Below, piece after piece: positions 6,845 to 8,431 of a DNA stretch of 8,431 nucleotides (positions are counted from its first letter, which is position 1; each line of letters opens with the position of its first letter). Under the pieces are notes generated by a model. It ran no database searches and was not told the DNA's origin. It was given only the letters and a program-made list of their open reading frames with translations. The translations under genes were made by a program, and so were the position numbers. Source of the DNA: a virus (taxonomy: Duplodnaviria > Heunggongvirae > Uroviricota > Caudoviricetes); IMG/VR virus record IMGVR_UViG_2713896773_000016, positions 1 through 8,431 of that record; one strand, written 5' to 3'.

Positions 6845-7594
6845 CTAGATGGTTATGGAGAGGTCGGGCCTAACCTTTTTCCTGAGAATGTATTTGCTAA
6901 TGCCAGTCCGTAACGCGGCCTCTTTAAGTTGCATTTTTTCGCCATTCAAAATTACGTAAGGGATTCGGTTTCGTACAGGTTTCGCTAACGCATCTTCGGC
7001 ATTCATACCGGCGTTTAGTCTGTTGTAAAAAGTTGACTCTTTCATGCCATTTGTTTGCCATGCTGCGCTCATAGTTACCGACTCTCCGCTCACGACAACT
7101 TTATGATTATTGCGCTTGTTGCGACCTTGCTCTGTAGCATTTGCCCATCGACAATTGTCTGGAGAATAGCCTTTATTGTTATCTATGCGTTCAATTGAGA
7201 ACCCTTTAGGCTTCTCACCCATGTCATGAGCAAAATTCACGGGGTTGCTCCATTCATCGCAGACTGTTATACCCCGCCCGCCATAGTGGGGAAAGTCCTT
7301 GCAAGCAGGATTTCGACAGCGATCAAGCATAGATGTCCAAGACGAATATCCTGAATAAGCTGTGATTGGCTTGCCATTATGCAGTTTTGTTATTTTTTTC
7401 TTATGATAACAGCCGCAAGAAACAACAGCGCCACTACGGAGTGACCCCATGGAAATGCTCTTAACAACACCACATTCACAAGAGCACAAAAAGTATCTGA
7501 GACCTTTTGTTTTTATATGGCTAGGGGCTTTGGTTTCTTTAATAATTGTAAGATAGCCGTACTTTTCACCCGGAAAAATAGTAATGCGTGACAT
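6845..7594 (-). CDS. Accessory (moron) gene inserted between L and K: 249-aa protein with a Cys-rich zinc-ribbon-like N-terminus, an HNH-like endonuclease-related core and C-terminal HTH-like modules
   Basis: Seen: ORF with SD GAGG 5 nt before the ATG (minus reading ACGAGGTTTATATG), flanked by 99-bp and 42-bp non-coding gaps and followed by its own terminator. Motifs: CSCECG...SCGC (Cys cluster); YSGYSSWTSMLDRCRNP...HYGGRGITVCDEWSNPVNFAHDMGEKPKGFSIERIDNNKGYSPDNCRWANATEQGRNKRNN; C-terminal VILNGEKMQLKEAALRTGISKYILRKKV. Established/inference: from memory this YGGRGI..C..W...F..DMG..P.G.S..RID.N..Y.P.NCRWA...EQ..N pattern is a widespread phage family usually annotated as HNH endonuclease. The position where HNH enzymes carry the catalytic His reads E-R here, so nuclease activity is uncertain. 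Confidence 0.6.
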   Translation of the reverse strand: MSRITIFPGEKYGYLTIIKETKAPSHIKTKGLRYFLCSCECGVVKSISMGSLRSGAVVSCGCYHKKKITKLHNGKPITAYSGYSSWTSMLDRCRNPACKDFPHYGGRGITVCDEWSNPVNFAHDMGEKPKGFSIERIDNNKGYSPDNCRWANATEQGRNKRNNHKVVVSGESVTMSAAWQTNGMKESTFYNRLNAGMNAEDALAKPVRNRIPYVILNGEKMQLKEAALRTGISKYILRKKVRPDLSITI

Positions 7595-7686
7595 ATAAAC
7601 CTCGTAGCAGGTTGCGTAGATGATGGTGCGCGGCAGGAGTGTCTACGTTCACTCTCTTCGACTGGCCAGTCTAGCCGCGCTGACAG

Positions 7687-7692
7687 ATTATA
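7687..7692 (-). promoter_or_regulatory. Candidate sigma70 -10 hexamer (TATAAT on the minus strand) immediately after the L stop codon, ~90 nt upstream of the moron start
   Basis: Seen: minus-strand reading ...TAA-TTATAAT-CTGTCAGCG...; perfect TATAAT but no convincing -35 at 16-18 nt spacing (best is TACCAC). Inference only; it fits the moron architecture of promoter, gene, terminator. Confidence 0.2.
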
Positions 7693-7693
7693 A

Positions 7694-8431
7694 TTACCTG
7701 CTCAGTAAAGTGGTAGCAGGAAATCCACCGTAGTCGAGGATGGCCGCGTTCGGCTCCGCTAGGCCAGCGCCGAACCGTTTACGGCAATCACTGAGGCAGC
7801 CCCCACACGCATCCAGCGGCGGATCAGCCACCGCGTTACCCTTCGCGTCGAAATATGCCGTACCGTTATAGGTGCATCCATCGCCGCTCCGGTACTGCCC
7901 GCGTAGCGCCCATTCGCAGAGCGAGGTGATTTGTCTGGTTGGGATAACAAGCCCCTGCAAGTCAGCGGGGCTACTGAGTGACCATGAAACCACTTCGTCG
8001 TCTTCGGAGGTTTTCGTGTCAAGCCAGAAAGTCTGAAGCGTGAACATCGACGGGTCGGCGGTCGGGTTCACCCCACCAGGGTAATTCACGGCATCGAGGT
8101 AAACCGAATAGGTGTCGATAATGCTCACTTTTGCGTTAACCATGTCCTTAAATTGCAGGCACAGCGCAGTGATATGACCGTCGAGGTTGGAAACGCTAAG
8201 AGACGGCTCTGCCGCCTGGTCTGTTGATAGCTCCAGGCCTGAAACCTGAAACGGCCAAAAATCGTAGATATTGCCACCGAAGACAATTGGCTTGGGTCCA
8301 AGCTTTTCTTCATCTCCATTGGCAGCATCAATTTCTTCCGGCGTATGGGGGAAAGGTGCGTAGTGGAATCGGTGGATTCCGCCACTGAACTCTGAGGCGT
8401 CAACTTCAACCAGGCGTACCCTGCCACCCGG
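7694..8431 (-). CDS. L: Minor tail protein L (lambda gpL-like), 5'-truncated by the window edge (C-terminal 245 codons present)
   Basis: Seen: I translated the minus strand from 8431 down to the TAA at 7694-7696; the frame is open across the whole stretch with no stop (PGGRVRLVEVDASEF...SLSVSNLDGHITALCLQFKDMVNAKVSIIDTYSVYLDAVNY...CGGCLSDCRKRF...). The ATG at 8143 in the ORF track is therefore an internal Met. Matches remembered lambda gpL: TLTVSNLYGMVT / YARFLDAVNF / CSKCLSGCKFR. Confidence 0.88.
   Translation of the reverse strand, partial: PGGRVRLVEVDASEFSGGIHRFHYAPFPHTPEEIDAANGDEEKLGPKPIVFGGNIYDFWPFQVSGLELSTDQAAEPSLSVSNLDGHITALCLQFKDMVNAKVSIIDTYSVYLDAVNYPGGVNPTADPSMFTLQTFWLDTKTSEDDEVVSWSLSSPADLQGLVIPTRQITSLCEWALRGQYRSGDGCTYNGTAYFDAKGNAVADPPLDACGGCLSDCRKRFGAGLAEPNAAILDYGGFPATTLLSR

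Larger units (their letters stand above)
1..8431 (-). mobile_element. Lambdoid phage/prophage tail-tip morphogenesis module (L partial, moron, K, I, J, tail fiber), all on minus strand
   Basis: Seen in sequence: co-linear minus-strand ORFs whose translations match remembered lambda gpL, gpK and gpJ motifs, in the lambda L-K-I-J order. Established knowledge: this synteny is diagnostic of lambda-like siphovirus tails. Whether this is an integrated prophage or a free phage genome cannot be told from the window. Confidence 0.8.

Noticed and set aside
6002-6913. Plus-strand ORFs 6002..6562 (186 aa) and 6590..6913 (107 aa), and minus-strand alternative-frame ORFs 6124..6318 and 6478..6768
   Set aside because: They are antisense to, or out of frame with, K and I, which are supported by recognisable gpK motifs; no independent evidence of coding.
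7681-7694. Plus-strand TGACAG...TATAAT that looks like -35/-10 elements
   Set aside because: The two hexamers are separated by only 2 nt, incompatible with a sigma70 promoter; the minus-strand TATAAT in the same spot is kept as a low-confidence candidate instead.
7694-8143. ORF-track call of a 149-aa protein starting at the ATG at 8143
   Set aside because: The same frame stays open upstream to the window edge (8431) and the upstream translation matches the lambda gpL N-terminal region, so this ATG is an internal Met of a longer, 5'-truncated L gene.
8125-8427. 100-aa minus-strand ORF in a different frame
   Set aside because: It overlaps the in-frame L coding region entirely in an alternative frame, has a low-complexity Ser/Thr/Arg-rich translation and no recognisable motif; it is a frame artefact.
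1-8431. CRISPR arrays, tRNA/rRNA genes, IS elements or transposase-like genes
   Set aside because: No short direct repeats with regular spacing, no cloverleaf-compatible conserved tRNA motifs noticed, and no ORF with transposase- or integrase-like motifs; the window is fully accounted for by tail genes plus one moron.

Overview
The window is a lambdoid (lambda-like siphovirus) phage or prophage tail-tip module, with every supported gene on the minus strand. In transcription order (high to low coordinates) it reads: minor tail protein L (5' end beyond the window), a standalone accessory 'moron' gene, tail assembly protein K, tail assembly protein I, host-specificity protein J (1304 aa), and a 433-aa tail fiber. 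Calls rest on my own reading of the ORF translations against remembered lambda gpL/gpK/gpJ sequences and family motifs; no database search was run. I found no CRISPR array, tRNA/rRNA, IS element or multi-gene defence island, and I do not see a clearly novel system. The most unusual element is the moron (6845..7594) inserted between L and K, with its own Shine-Dalgarno, a textbook intrinsic terminator and a candidate -10 box. Secondary points are terminator-like hairpins just upstream of J and overlapping the J stop codon, the absence of a lom-like gene after J, a long coiled-coil expansion and divergent tip in J, and a low-GC segment in the tail fiber. Plus-strand ORFs in the track are antisense to these genes and are treated as spurious.
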